Below are positions 31,603 to 41,969 of a stretch of 64,000 nt of DNA, piece after piece (positions within the stretch are counted from its first letter, which is position 1; every line of letters begins with the position of its first letter). Both the position numbers and the translations under genes were made by a program. Location: NCBI GenBank assembly GCA_047601445.1, contig JASGJH010000001.1, positions 800,001 to 864,000 of the forward strand, given 5' to 3'. The DNA is from Myxococcales bacterium. GTDB taxonomy: Bacteria > Myxococcota_A > Polyangia > Polyangiales > DASUME01. A model generated the notes under the pieces. That model worked only from the letters and a program-made list of their open reading frames with translations, was not told the DNA's origin and did not search any database.

Positions 31603-31709
31603 CGGCGGCAGGATAGCAGGAAGCGCGGCTCCCAAAATTCTCACGATAACTTCCGCCCCGCGGCCTGCGCCAATCGGGCTCCATGCCCTCTTCAGGAGGA
31701 GCACGAAAG

Positions 31710-32969
31710 ATGAGGAAGCTTGCTTTGTGGGTGTCGCTGGCGGCGCTTGCTGCCGTCTCCAGTGCCCGGGCGGACGGCCCCGTTAGCCGCTACAGACTGC
31801 GGGAGGGTGGCGCGTTTGCGTCGACCTACGTGAGTGACGACTGCGGTTGGGCGGGCATGACGGTGTGGGTCTCCGAGCGGGTGACGCGCGATCAGCCCGG
31901 CGCACCAGAGCGCGAGAACTACGGCACCATTTGGTACGACAGCTTCTCCTACTGCACGGGCGTCGGCGGCCACGTCAACGCGGAGGTCCCCTTCAAGGGC
32001 AAGATCGACATGAAGGAGGCCGCGCTTTCGTTTTCGGTCCCGGTCGAGAAGCTGCAGTACCTGAGCGATGGCTACGGCGGCTGGACTGCGGGTGACGCGC
32101 TCCCGCTCGGTACTTTGAGCGGCTCGATCACCTTCGCAGGCGAGGGGCCCATCGAGAACACCAAGCAGCGCGCGCTTTACCTCGGCGACGGCGTCACCGA
32201 GATCATCGTGCAGAGCGGCAAGCAACGCTCTGCGACGGCGTCCTTCGACGTGGGGCTCGATGGCCACCGGCTGGCCTTTGCGCCGCAGCCGACCACCTTG
32301 TCCTGGTTCCGCAAGGCCGATGTGATCTCCGCGCAAGACCCGACCTTCAATCCCGTGGCGCTGCGGGACCACTACGGCGTGCCGGGCGGGCCAAACGCGT
32401 CCACGCACATCATGGAGCAGGGAGGGGCGCAGTTGGACATCGTGGACCGGACCGCGAGCTGTCAGAACGTCACCCTGTTCATGACGGCCGGCCAGGTCGA
32501 CAACACGTACGTGCCAACGGGCCCCGACAGCCATGAGAACTCGACCTGGCTTCAGTTCTCCATGCGCGATGAGTGTGAGCCCGGGATCTATGAGGAGCTC
32601 TACTTCTGGGCCACGGTCAACGACAGCGTGGCCTTCACCAACCCGCTCGAGTCGTTGTCGGTGTTGCTCGATGTGCCGGTGACCGCCACGCGCTGTCTGT
32701 ACACGCAGGATGGTGGCGGCTGCGAAGAGGTGAGCGTGCAGCTCACCGCCGAGGTGCTCTTCGAAGGCAACCAGGTGGTGCAGGGTGGGACGAGCGTCGG
32801 CACCTATCGCTACGGCGGAAACGTGATTCGCGCGAATCTGGAGGCTTGGCGCAAGACGGCGGACGTGAGCATCGACGTTAGCCTGGATGGTGAGCCGCTC
32901 CCGCTCGTGGCGCCCGAGTACGCGACGGTGCAGGCCTATCGCTCGGAAGAGGTGTCCTTGGCTCGCTAG
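31710..32969 (+). CDS. Secreted hypothetical protein with two tandem beta-rich domains
   Basis: Signal peptide ending ARA-D; two halves share GGA..C..VPV..F.G..DV.LDG..L; AGGAGG RBS. Confidence 0.75.
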   Translation: MRKLALWVSLAALAAVSSARADGPVSRYRLREGGAFASTYVSDDCGWAGMTVWVSERVTRDQPGAPERENYGTIWYDSFSYCTGVGGHVNAEVPFKGKIDMKEAALSFSVPVEKLQYLSDGYGGWTAGDALPLGTLSGSITFAGEGPIENTKQRALYLGDGVTEIIVQSGKQRSATASFDVGLDGHRLAFAPQPTTLSWFRKADVISAQDPTFNPVALRDHYGVPGGPNASTHIMEQGGAQLDIVDRTASCQNVTLFMTAGQVDNTYVPTGPDSHENSTWLQFSMRDECEPGIYEELYFWATVNDSVAFTNPLESLSVLLDVPVTATRCLYTQDGGGCEEVSVQLTAEVLFEGNQVVQGGTSVGTYRYGGNVIRANLEAWRKTADVSIDVSLDGEPLPLVAPEYATVQAYRSEEVSLAR

Positions 32970-33006
32970 CGGTGACTGGAGCCCGAGTGCGCCGCCAGAA
33001 CCAGCG

Positions 33007-33816
33007 CTACTTCGGCAGCCGTCCAGGGCCGTGTTTGGTGGGTGAATAGACGATCACCGAGACGTCAGCGGGGGCACCACGTGGGGCGAGAGGCGCGTAT
33101 GCGAGCTCGACCAGGCCGTGGGTCGGATGCTGCATGCGTTTGACCTTGAGTCGCGGCTCGTCGAGCTGGTCGCCGGACCACAGCGTAACGAACTCGGGGC
33201 TTTGGCGCGCGAGGTCGTTGATCAGTGCGCGGACCTCCGGCCGGCCGGCGATGCGCGCGCTGTTGGTGCGAAACTGCGCGACGGCCGACGAGGCCAGGCA
33301 GCCCCAGTCCAGAAATAGCTCGCGCCAGCTGGGCCACAGGAAGATCATGCGCAGGATGTTGCGCTCCTCGGCCGGTAGTAGGCCGAAGTCGGCCACGAGT
33401 TCGGTCGCGGCGCTGTTCCACGCCAGCACGTCCCAGCGGCCGTTGAGCGCATAGGCCGGGTAGCTCAGCGCTTCGACCCAAGCAGCCAGATCGGGCGGTG
33501 CCACTTGCGTGAGCGGCTCGGAGTCTCCGGCGCCGTCTTCGCGTGACAGGGCCAGGGCCATCAAATGCGAGCGCTCCATCGCACTCAGCAAGAGCGCGTC
33601 AGCGATGTGCAGCAGGACGTCGCGTGAGGGACGAATGGGGCGCCCCTGCTCGAGCCACATGTACCAGCTCGCGCTGACGCCGGCGCGCTGCGCGACCTCT
33701 TCGCGCAGCAGGCCAGCGCTCCGCCGACGCGCGGAGGAGCGAAGACCGACCTGCTCCGGCTGAATCGCGGCGCGCTTGTGTCGCAGGAAGCGAGCGAGCT
33801 CGGCCCGGCGCTCCAT
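33007..33816 (-). CDS. XRE-family HTH regulator with MmyB-like ligand-binding domain
   Basis: ELARFLR, RRSAGLLREEVAQRAGVSASWYMWLEQGR, WDVLAWN, RNILRMIF, SPEFVTLW. Confidence 0.92.
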   Translation of the reverse strand: MERRAELARFLRHKRAAIQPEQVGLRSSARRRSAGLLREEVAQRAGVSASWYMWLEQGRPIRPSRDVLLHIADALLLSAMERSHLMALALSREDGAGDSEPLTQVAPPDLAAWVEALSYPAYALNGRWDVLAWNSAATELVADFGLLPAEERNILRMIFLWPSWRELFLDWGCLASSAVAQFRTNSARIAGRPEVRALINDLARQSPEFVTLWSGDQLDEPRLKVKRMQHPTHGLVELAYAPLAPRGAPADVSVIVYSPTKHGPGRLPK

Positions 33817-33934
33817 CGCGATGGTATCGGGGTCCTCGAAGCTAGTGGTCCCACTACTAGGTTCGAGCCTCATCTGGTTGGCCGCTGGGCGGTCGCTAGC
33901 ATGCGAAGGCATCGAAAAGGAGGCACGTTCCGTC

Positions 33935-34369
33935 ATGTCGACCCCAGTTTCCAGCCATTCGCGCCCAGCCTTTGAGGGCCACCCGCTCGAGGCCATTCGC
34001 TCACTAGACTACACCATCCTGTTCGCACGCGACATGCAGGCGATGCGCGCGTTCTACGAGAAGGTGATGCGTTTCGAACCCTACTTCGAGCTGCCGGGCG
34101 GCTTCTGGTACGAGTTTCGCGTGGGAGCCAATCTGCTCGCGCTGTGCAAGCCAGGGACCGTGATCCCCGACGCCACTCCGCAAGCCGGCCTCGCCGCGGT
34201 GCACCTCGCTTTCCGGGTCAGGCGCGAAGAGGTCGATGCCTGCGAGGCGACTCTGCGAGAGCAAGGTGTCACCATCGTGTCCGGGGCAACCGACCAGCCG
34301 TGGGCACATCGCACCTTGTTCTTCCGTGATCCCGACGGCAACCTATTGGAGATCTACGCGGATATCTGA
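33935..34369 (+). CDS. VOC/glyoxalase family protein
   Basis: LDYTILFARDM, HLAFRV, DQPWAHRTLFFRDPDGNLLEIY; divergent from the MmyB-like regulator. Confidence 0.9.
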   Translation: MSTPVSSHSRPAFEGHPLEAIRSLDYTILFARDMQAMRAFYEKVMRFEPYFELPGGFWYEFRVGANLLALCKPGTVIPDATPQAGLAAVHLAFRVRREEVDACEATLREQGVTIVSGATDQPWAHRTLFFRDPDGNLLEIYADI

Positions 34370-34408
34370 GTCCCGTTGTCGTCACGAGACGCCGGGGCAG
34401 GGCGACGC

Positions 34409-36127
34409 TCAATCGGCAGGCAGGCCGTAGCAGGAGACGCTTCCCTTGTCGTCGAGCCCGATGTCCGGGACCGCGCGGTTGCCGCCACCCACGTAGAGGC
34501 GGCCATTGGAGATCACCACGCTCGCGAGGGTGCGTCCCGCGGTGGGCAGCCGCGCCAACTGCGCGCCGGTCCGTGCGTTGAGCGCATAGACCGCGGATTC
34601 GGGAGCGGCGTCTGGGAGCTCTTCCACGGGGGATTGCACGTACACGACGCCATTGGCGATCGCGATGCCTGCGGCCAGCGGCGATTGCATTCGGTCGAAG
34701 CGCCACAGGACCTTCGTGCCTTGTGGCGCGAGCGCGAGCAACGTGCCTGTGTAGGGCGCATCCTTGATGGGAGGTCCAATGCGATCGACGCCATGCTGAT
34801 AGACGATGCCGTCCGCGTAGCCGCCCAGGGTCTGGAGTCCCCCGAGCTCGAGCGCCATCTGCACGTGTTGGGTGCGGCTCACTTCGCTCCCATCGCTCGC
34901 ACGCAGCACGTGGTACTCGCCGCTCTTGCGGCCCGCGCCGACCACGCGGCCGACCCCGGGCAAATCGTACAGTTTGGGTGAGTCGCCGAAGTCGAGGTCT
35001 CGGTAGTTGCCCTGGGCATCCGGGTTGTCGCGCGTGATGTCCCAGACGTCGTTCGGGCTGGCTTGATAGGCCCACTTGAGCTCGCCCGTGTCCGCGTCGA
35101 GCGCCAGGATCGAGTCGCTGCCCGGGCTGCCGGTGCCAGCCGTGGTCGGGGAAAAGTTTTGGCCCGTACCCACGAACACGGTGTTGGTCTCCGCGTCGTA
35201 GGTCGGCGGTCCCCAGATGGCACCGCCCGAGGGACCTCGCACATAGGGCAGCCCCTGGATGGGCAGCGCCTCGGCGGCGGGCACGGTGTAGTGGCGCCAC
35301 TTCTCCTGTCCCGTGCGCACGTCGAGCGCGACGAGCAGCCCACGGAAATCGCAGCACTGGTAGCCGGTGATGATGCTGATGGCGACCCCCACCGCCTCCA
35401 CGGACGAAAAGCCGATGTACAGGGTGTCGCCCACCAGGGTGATCGAGTTGCCGATCAGTCCGCTGAACAGGTTGGCGTCGATGTCCTCCTTCACCCAACG
35501 CTCCGCGCCCGTGTCGCACTCGAGGGCGTACACGTTGCCGTCCTGGTCACCGAAGATCACCAGCGCCTCTTCAGGCGCGATCACCGCTCCGCCTATGACG
35601 GGTGATGTCGTGGAGAGACCGAGCGAGCCCCGCGGCGACGCGAAGGGGTTTTTGGCGCGCCGCGTGTCGTACTGCCAGCGCAGGGTACCGTCGCGCTCGA
35701 GCGCATAGAAGCGCCCCCCCATCGCGCCGATGTACACCCGACCGTCCTGCACCGCCGGCGTCGCGTGCACCGCACCGATTGTGTGACCGGCGGCCGCGTC
35801 GTCGAAGCGCCACAGCAGCCGGAGCTGCGCCACGTTGTCGGGGCTGAGTGTGTGCTCGGACACGTTGTGAGCGCTGCCTCGCACGTCGAACAAGGTTTGG
35901 ATCCAATCGCCATTGCCAGTGGCCGCGTCGGGGCCGGGTGAACCGCCGTCCGCGGCGGCATCGCGGGGATCGGTCTGCCCGCTGTCGGGACCGCCATCGG
36001 CCGGTGCCGCGTCCCTCGACGAGGGGTGAGTGTCAGGTCTTTCAGCCGAGCTGCCTTCCGTGCAAGCGGTGATCAGATAGAGCAAGGTGAGGCTGGGCAG
36101 CGCGCCCTTCAGATAAGCCAAGTGCAT
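34409..36127 (-). CDS. PQQ-repeat beta-propeller lipoprotein, polyvinyl-alcohol dehydrogenase-like
   Basis: LSPDNVAQLRLLW, YQCCDFRG (vicinal Cys), GGAIWG, VGTGQN, DLDFGDSP. Confidence 0.82.
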   Translation of the reverse strand: MHLAYLKGALPSLTLLYLITACTEGSSAERPDTHPSSRDAAPADGGPDSGQTDPRDAAADGGSPGPDAATGNGDWIQTLFDVRGSAHNVSEHTLSPDNVAQLRLLWRFDDAAAGHTIGAVHATPAVQDGRVYIGAMGGRFYALERDGTLRWQYDTRRAKNPFASPRGSLGLSTTSPVIGGAVIAPEEALVIFGDQDGNVYALECDTGAERWVKEDIDANLFSGLIGNSITLVGDTLYIGFSSVEAVGVAISIITGYQCCDFRGLLVALDVRTGQEKWRHYTVPAAEALPIQGLPYVRGPSGGAIWGPPTYDAETNTVFVGTGQNFSPTTAGTGSPGSDSILALDADTGELKWAYQASPNDVWDITRDNPDAQGNYRDLDFGDSPKLYDLPGVGRVVGAGRKSGEYHVLRASDGSEVSRTQHVQMALELGGLQTLGGYADGIVYQHGVDRIGPPIKDAPYTGTLLALAPQGTKVLWRFDRMQSPLAAGIAIANGVVYVQSPVEELPDAAPESAVYALNARTGAQLARLPTAGRTLASVVISNGRLYVGGGNRAVPDIGLDDKGSVSCYGLPAD

Positions 36128-36200
36128 CGCAAGAACCCCTTTCCAGAGACGACGCACTCAGTCGTTCCACGTCGCGGGGGGCGCGGTCGAGGGAGGCCGA

Positions 36201-36234
36201 TGCAACTCGCGCCGCGAAGGGTGCAGCTCGCACC
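36201..36234. promoter_or_regulatory. Putative LytTR-binding direct repeat
   Basis: TGCAACTCGCGCC (36201) and TGCAGCTCGCACC (36222), 21-bp period, between the PQQ gene and the LytS/LytTR pair. Confidence 0.6.
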
Positions 36235-36279
36235 AAAACGCCCTCAACGCCTGCGCGGAAGGTGGTACACACGACACGA

Positions 36280-38043
36280 GTGCAGACCTTGCTGGCGATA
36301 GACCGGCTCTCTCGAGCGCAGCGCATTGTAGGTGCGTGGTTGGGGTTGTTGGCGGTGGGCATGCTGCAGGGGCTGGCCGTGCAGCATGCCCTCGGCTCCA
36401 AGGCTCCGCCGGGGCTCGTCTGGATGTTCGCGGCGGGTGCCACGGGTGCATTTCTTTGCCTGCCCGTCGTGACTTGGACCGTTCGGAGAGCACACGGTCT
36501 GTCGCGGATGAAGGCGGTCCTTCTGCATGCTGCGGCTGCTTCGCTGTTCTCGGTCATCGGCATCGCCATCGCACGCGCACTCGCCATCCTGATGGGCGCG
36601 CCAGCATCGCAGGTCCCTCCGCTGCTCGAGTTGGTGATGTTCGAGCTCCAGAACACGCTGCCGCTCTACGCGGGGCTCGCTTTCGCCTACGCCACGTACG
36701 CTGCACTGCAGCGTCGGCGTGCCGCAGAGCGCGACGCGGCCTCACTCCGTGAGCAGCTCATCGACGAGCAGGTGCGGGCCGCGAGCGCTCGCCTGCAGCC
36801 CGCGCGCGTGTACGCTGCGCTGCATGCGGCACGCGAGGCTTTGCCCCACCGCGCCGCCGAGTGTGACGCGCACATCCAGGCACTGGCCGACGCCCTGCGT
36901 TCGCCCCGGCATCCGCACGAGCAGGCGGCTTTGCCTGCCCTGGATGTCCTTGCGGGCGATGCACCGTCGGCGCGGGAGCCCACCGTCCATGGCGCCGCCT
37001 GGCCGCGCTACTTGCTTGCGTTCCCGGTGATCGCGGGCGGTGCACTGCTGCTCGGGCGCGCCATGGCATTCGCGCTGCCGGCGCAGTCCGACCTGTTCTA
37101 CGTGGGCTCGCTGGGTCGAGCGGTCGGCGCGTGGTTGGCGCTGCCTGTCGCGTATGCAGCCGCACGGCTGGCCCACGGCCGCTCGAAGGGGACGCAACTC
37201 GCGGTTTACGCGAGCGGCTTCCTCGCGTTTTCGGTGGTGTGGGTCAGCGCCGCGGCCTGCACGCGCAGCTGGCTGTGCGATGGGTTCGGGCTCGCGCTGC
37301 CCAAGCTCTCGTGGCGCGAGGGGCTCCTGCTGGAGGCGCAGCGCCTTAGCTTCGCGTATGCGGCGTTCTGCGGCGCAGGGGCCGCTTGGCGCGCGGTGCG
37401 CGATGGTCATGCCCGCGAGCGCTGGCGCGAACAGCTTCGCGGCGCGCTGGCTGAAAGTCGGCTCGCAGCGCTGAACGCGCGCGTGGATCCGCATTTTCTG
37501 TTCAATGCCCTGAATACGCTCAGCTCCCTCGCTAGCAACGACCCCGAACGCACTGCCCACCTGATCGACGCGCTACGCGAGCTGCTCGAGGTTGCGCTGT
37601 CGTCGCATGAGCCCGATTGGCCCCTGAGCGACGAGCAGCGCTACACGCAGCGCTTCATTGAATTCTTGGGCGCCCGCTTTGGCACCCGCGTGTGCGTGGA
37701 GCTAATGTTGCCGGAGGCGCTGCTCGAGGTGCGCGTGCCGCGGATGTCGCTGCAGACCTTGGTCGAGAACGCCGTGAAGCACAATCAGGACCGTCGCAAG
37801 CCATTGCACGTGCAACTCAGCGCCCGAGCCACGGCGAACGCCACCGTTCTTACGGTGAATGACGACGGCAAGGGATTCTCGCTCACACGCCCGCATGCTC
37901 ATGCGCGCGGAGGCCTTGAGCGTCTTCGCCACACGCTCCAGCTGCTGTACGGCTCTGGGGCTGCGCTCGTAACCGGGATGAGTGAGGGGCAAGGCGCTCG
38001 CATCGAGATGTCCATTCCTCGGATCCCTCAGATCGCATGCTGA
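36280..38043 (+). CDS. LytS/YehU-type sensor histidine kinase with duplicated membrane module
   Basis: LNARVDPHFLFNALNTL, VPRMSLQTLVENAVKH, VNDDGKG. Confidence 0.88.
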   Translation: MQTLLAIDRLSRAQRIVGAWLGLLAVGMLQGLAVQHALGSKAPPGLVWMFAAGATGAFLCLPVVTWTVRRAHGLSRMKAVLLHAAAASLFSVIGIAIARALAILMGAPASQVPPLLELVMFELQNTLPLYAGLAFAYATYAALQRRRAAERDAASLREQLIDEQVRAASARLQPARVYAALHAAREALPHRAAECDAHIQALADALRSPRHPHEQAALPALDVLAGDAPSAREPTVHGAAWPRYLLAFPVIAGGALLLGRAMAFALPAQSDLFYVGSLGRAVGAWLALPVAYAAARLAHGRSKGTQLAVYASGFLAFSVVWVSAAACTRSWLCDGFGLALPKLSWREGLLLEAQRLSFAYAAFCGAGAAWRAVRDGHARERWREQLRGALAESRLAALNARVDPHFLFNALNTLSSLASNDPERTAHLIDALRELLEVALSSHEPDWPLSDEQRYTQRFIEFLGARFGTRVCVELMLPEALLEVRVPRMSLQTLVENAVKHNQDRRKPLHVQLSARATANATVLTVNDDGKGFSLTRPHAHARGGLERLRHTLQLLYGSGAALVTGMSEGQGARIEMSIPRIPQIAC

Positions 38044-38771
38044 GAGTGCTAAACGTCGACGATGAAGCTCCGGCGCGTGCCAAGGTGGCTCGCCTGCTGG
38101 CGGCCGATGCGCGCTTCGTGATCGTCGGAGAAGCGAGCGATGGCCTCGAAGCGCTGACCGCGATGGAGGCGCTCGCGCCGGACCTGCTCATTCTGGACGT
38201 GCAGATGCCCGAGCTAGACGGCTTCGAACTGTTGTCCGCCCTGGGCGACACGCAGCCCGCCGTGGTGTTCTCCACCGCCTACGACAGCTACGCGCTGCGC
38301 GCATTCGAGGCTCACGCCGTCGACTATCTGCTCAAACCCTATGACGAGAAGCGCTTCCGCCTTGCCCTGGCGCGCGCGGCCCACGCCTGCGCGGCCCGGG
38401 AAGTCCTGCATCGCCCCCTGCTCGATGCCGTCAGCCTGCGCGCTCCACGGCGGCTCGCACTCAAATCCGTCGACGGCCCCTGGATCAGCCTCGAGCTCGA
38501 GCGCGTCCTGCGCCTGTCGGCTGCCAACAAGCACACCTGCATTTACACGCTCGACGGCGAGCACCTCGTGCGCAAGGCCCTGCGCGACCTGGAGCAGAGC
38601 CTCGATGCTCGCTTCGTGTGCGCCCATCGCAGCGAAGTGGTCAACGTGGATGCCGTGGTGCGGGTCACGTCCGCGGGATACGGCGATGCGGAGCTCACGT
38701 TGCGCGACGGGACCCGGGTGCCGCTCGCGCGCAGTCGTCGCGCGGCGTTCTTTGCGGCTTATCGGGGGTAG
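38037..38771 (+). CDS. LytTR-family response regulator
   Basis: VDDEAPAR, LDVQMPELDG, AVDYLLKP, F...HRSEVVN, VPLARS. Confidence 0.93.
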   Translation: MLRVLNVDDEAPARAKVARLLAADARFVIVGEASDGLEALTAMEALAPDLLILDVQMPELDGFELLSALGDTQPAVVFSTAYDSYALRAFEAHAVDYLLKPYDEKRFRLALARAAHACAAREVLHRPLLDAVSLRAPRRLALKSVDGPWISLELERVLRLSAANKHTCIYTLDGEHLVRKALRDLEQSLDARFVCAHRSEVVNVDAVVRVTSAGYGDAELTLRDGTRVPLARSRRAAFFAAYRG

Positions 38772-38968
38772 GGGCGAACGTTGTTCGGCGAGTTGCCTCG
38801 AGGACCCGCATCGGAGTTCGCCGCCATGGCTGTGTCGTCCGCGTACACGTCAGTTCCCCGTGTACTGCCTCGAAGCGTGAACCGCCGCGGGCTTCGATCG
38901 CCCCACGCGGGACAGGCCAATCGGGGTGATCCAGCGCACCAAAGCGAACCGACGCGGCGGACGAGATA

Positions 38969-39340
38969 TGGGCGCTCCTTGGGGCCGCTTGCGCGGCTGG
39001 CGAAGCGCCTGGCTCCGCTCTGCCCGATGCAGCTCGCGCGATGCCCGTCGACGCGGCTTCGCATGCCTCCGCGGCGAAACCGAGCGAGCTCGCATGCGAG
39101 ACCTCGAGGCGAGACATCGCTGCCCGCTCGAGCTTGCCGGCGCGCTGTCAGGCGGAGGCCGATTGCACCTGGTTTCATGCGCCGTGCCCCTTCGGTTGCA
39201 TCCGGGGCCAGCATCGCAGGGCGCCCAGGGCCGCGCTCCTCGAGGCCATCGAGTCCTACAAGCGCTCCTGCAATGCCCGTCGCGACCGCTGTGCATTGCC
39301 CGAAGGTCCTGCGCGCTGCATCGAGGGCCGCTGTCGCTAG
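38969..39340 (+). pseudogene. Possible small Cys-rich lipoprotein lacking an in-frame start
   Basis: Frame reads WALLGAAC...CQAEADC..PCPFGC...ARCIEGRCR; in-frame TGA at 38927 with no start codon before the lipobox. Confidence 0.4.
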
Positions 39341-39577
39341 GCAGACTCGAAGCGTTTCGCACCATTACAGCTGAGTGGCTGATGCATCTCGTCTGCGTTT
39401 GAGAAAACCGTGTTTCGCTGTGACAGAATCATTGCTTTCCGCGAGGGCGAAAACGTTCGCAATCGCATGTGAGATCTGGCAACCATGCGTTCCCCCTGCT
39501 CGCTTTGCGAATGCGCGGGGCCCGCGCGGTGTGATCAACGCGGCGCGGCACACACCACAAAAGAAGGGGAAACACGC

Positions 39578-41788
39578 ATGACGCGGATCTCGCGCCGATG
39601 GCTGACTTGTCTCTTAATCTTGCTTGTAGGCTGTGCTGAGGCGCTCGATGACCAGACCGAGGCGCCCTACGACGACGATGTGGGAACGGCGGAACAGGCG
39701 CTGGCTGGCGCGAGTGCGGCCGGCACGATTCCCGCGGGTTTGCCGTCGCGCGTGCTCGTGGGGCTGTTCGAGGACACGGGCCAAACCTGGATGAAGTCGA
39801 GCAACGTGCGCTGGGACGCGCGCTATCGCTACTTCACCAAGGGCTGGGTCAACAACTGGGGCTGGAGCGCCTACGACGGATCGTGGGGACTCAACTATCT
39901 GCGCGAATGCGACACTCAGGGCTATGTGCCTGCATTGCAGTACTACCAGCTGTTCGGCGAGACCGGCGGTGGGGAGGCTCAGACGCTGGCCAAGGTGCAA
40001 AACGCGACCACCATGCGTTCCTACTTCGGTGACTTCAAGATCCTCATGCAGCGCGTGAAGGACTTCGGAAAGCCGGTGATGGTGCTGATCGAGGCCGATG
40101 CGTATGGCTTCCTCCAGCAGCAAGCGGCCAACAATCCGAGCGCCTATGCGGCCATCGCCGCGTCCGGGATGCCCGAGCTCGCGAGCCTGCCCAACACGGT
40201 GGCCGGCTGGGGGCTCGCGTTCTTGCAGCTCAAGCAGGCGGTGGGGGCCAGCAACGCCATCCTCGGTGTGCACGTCTCGGCCTGGGCCAGCGGCAAGGAC
40301 ATCGCCTATTCGAGCGCCACCGACGCGCTCGGGCCCGAGGTCGACAAGGTGTACGCATTCCTGTCGCCGCTCGGCCTGGCGGCGAACCTTACCGGTGCGA
40401 CCTACGACGTGCTGGTGGGCGACCCGCTCGATCGGGACTCGGACTACTATCGCCTTAGCTATGGGCAGGATCGCTGGTGGGACGCCAGCGATAGCGCCTC
40501 CATCTCATCCAAGAGCTTCAACCGCTATGCGGAGTGGCTGCGCCTGTGGAATCAAAAGGCCGGCAAGCGCTGGGTCTTGTGGCAAATCCCGCTCGGCAAC
40601 TCGAACCACAAGAACGTCTACAACAACGGTGGCAGCGCCGAGGGCTACAAGGACAACCGACCCGAGTACTTCTTCGCCAATGGCACCGCCCACATCACCA
40701 AGTTCGCCGACGCGGGCGTGATTGCGCTGCTGTTCGGCGCCGGCGCGGGCGGCATGAGCACCTACACCAACGACACGTACAGCGACGGTCAGTTGTTCAT
40801 GAAGAGCCGAGCTGGCGCCATTCTCAGCGCAGGCGGCGTCCCACTGGGGTCGGGCGGCACGACTCCGCCGTTCACCTGCGCGAGCACGGGCACCGGCAAC
40901 GGGCTGCGTGGCGACTACTTCAGCGGCACGACGCTCGCGAGCCTGGTGCTCAGCCGCACCGACGCGACGGTGGATTTCAGCTGGGGCACGGCGGCACCGG
41001 CGAGCGTTGTGGCGAAGGACAACTTCTCGGTGCGCTGGAGCGGTCAGCTGAGTCCTCGCTCGAGCGGGCCCACGACGTTCTACACCCAGACCGACGACGG
41101 TGTGCGGCTCTGGATCAATGGGCAGCTGGTGATCGACAACTGGACGGACCATGGCACCACCGAGAACGGCGCCACCCTCACGCTCACGGCGGGCCAACGC
41201 TACGACGTGAAGCTCGAGTACTACGAGCGCACGGGCGGCGCGGTGGCGCGCCTGATGTGGTCCAACGCTTGCGATGCCAAGCAGGTGATCCCGACCACTC
41301 AGCTCTATGCCAGTGCGAGCGTGCCGAGTACGCCGAGCGTTCCCAGCGACACCGCGCGCTTCGCCTTCGAGAGCGATGCCCAGGGCTGGACCACGACCGG
41401 CGGCTTCTTGACCTCGGCGGTCAGCTCGAGCGATCGCGCCTACCGTGGTCTGCGTTCCCTCAAGGTCAGCGTCAGCGGCGGCGCAGGCAGCCAGCGGGTG
41501 TTCGTACCCAATCCAGCAGTGCCGGCGGGCGCCACGGTAACCTTCAACGTGTACGTGCCGGCAGGGTCCACGCTGGGATTGGTGCAACCCTACGTGCTGC
41601 AGGGTGCGGCGGGCGGCTGGGCCTGGACTGGCAACTGGCGGGCGATCGGTTCGCTGAGTGCGGGCCAGTGGAACGCCATCAGCGTGGTGGTGCCCGCGGG
41701 GGCCGCGGCGTTGGCCGAGCTCGGGGTGGAGATCTCCAACCAGTCGACGGGCAATTTCGCGACCTATGTGGACGCGGTGAATTGGTAG
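39578..41788 (+). CDS. Secreted modular lipoprotein: putative glycoside-hydrolase-like domain, PA14 domain and CBM-like domain
   Basis: Lipobox LVGC; aromatic-rich domain (VLIEADAYG, WVLWQIPLGN); PA14 (DNFSVRWSG, TDDGVRLWING, LEYYE); C-terminal FESDAQGW...YVDAVNW. Confidence 0.8.
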   Translation: MTRISRRWLTCLLILLVGCAEALDDQTEAPYDDDVGTAEQALAGASAAGTIPAGLPSRVLVGLFEDTGQTWMKSSNVRWDARYRYFTKGWVNNWGWSAYDGSWGLNYLRECDTQGYVPALQYYQLFGETGGGEAQTLAKVQNATTMRSYFGDFKILMQRVKDFGKPVMVLIEADAYGFLQQQAANNPSAYAAIAASGMPELASLPNTVAGWGLAFLQLKQAVGASNAILGVHVSAWASGKDIAYSSATDALGPEVDKVYAFLSPLGLAANLTGATYDVLVGDPLDRDSDYYRLSYGQDRWWDASDSASISSKSFNRYAEWLRLWNQKAGKRWVLWQIPLGNSNHKNVYNNGGSAEGYKDNRPEYFFANGTAHITKFADAGVIALLFGAGAGGMSTYTNDTYSDGQLFMKSRAGAILSAGGVPLGSGGTTPPFTCASTGTGNGLRGDYFSGTTLASLVLSRTDATVDFSWGTAAPASVVAKDNFSVRWSGQLSPRSSGPTTFYTQTDDGVRLWINGQLVIDNWTDHGTTENGATLTLTAGQRYDVKLEYYERTGGAVARLMWSNACDAKQVIPTTQLYASASVPSTPSVPSDTARFAFESDAQGWTTTGGFLTSAVSSSDRAYRGLRSLKVSVSGGAGSQRVFVPNPAVPAGATVTFNVYVPAGSTLGLVQPYVLQGAAGGWAWTGNWRAIGSLSAGQWNAISVVVPAGAAALAELGVEISNQSTGNFATYVDAVNW

Positions 41789-41969
41789 CGCGCGCCTCGC
41801 GGTCGCCGGGACGCTGCCATGCTCTGGGTGCTCGCAGGTGTTACGCCGTGCGGTGAAAACCGGGCTCCGCGAGGGCTCGGAGCCGGCGGATCACTTGCGT
41901 CCGCGGCGGTTCTCTGGCACTGAACATGTGCGCCCGTAGCGGTCGCTGTTCTCGTGCGAAGGATTTCCC

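Noticed and set aside
41919..41940. CTGAAC half-site upstream of the peptidase resembling a myxobacterial LexA box
   Set aside because: Only one half matches; the second half deviates at several positions.
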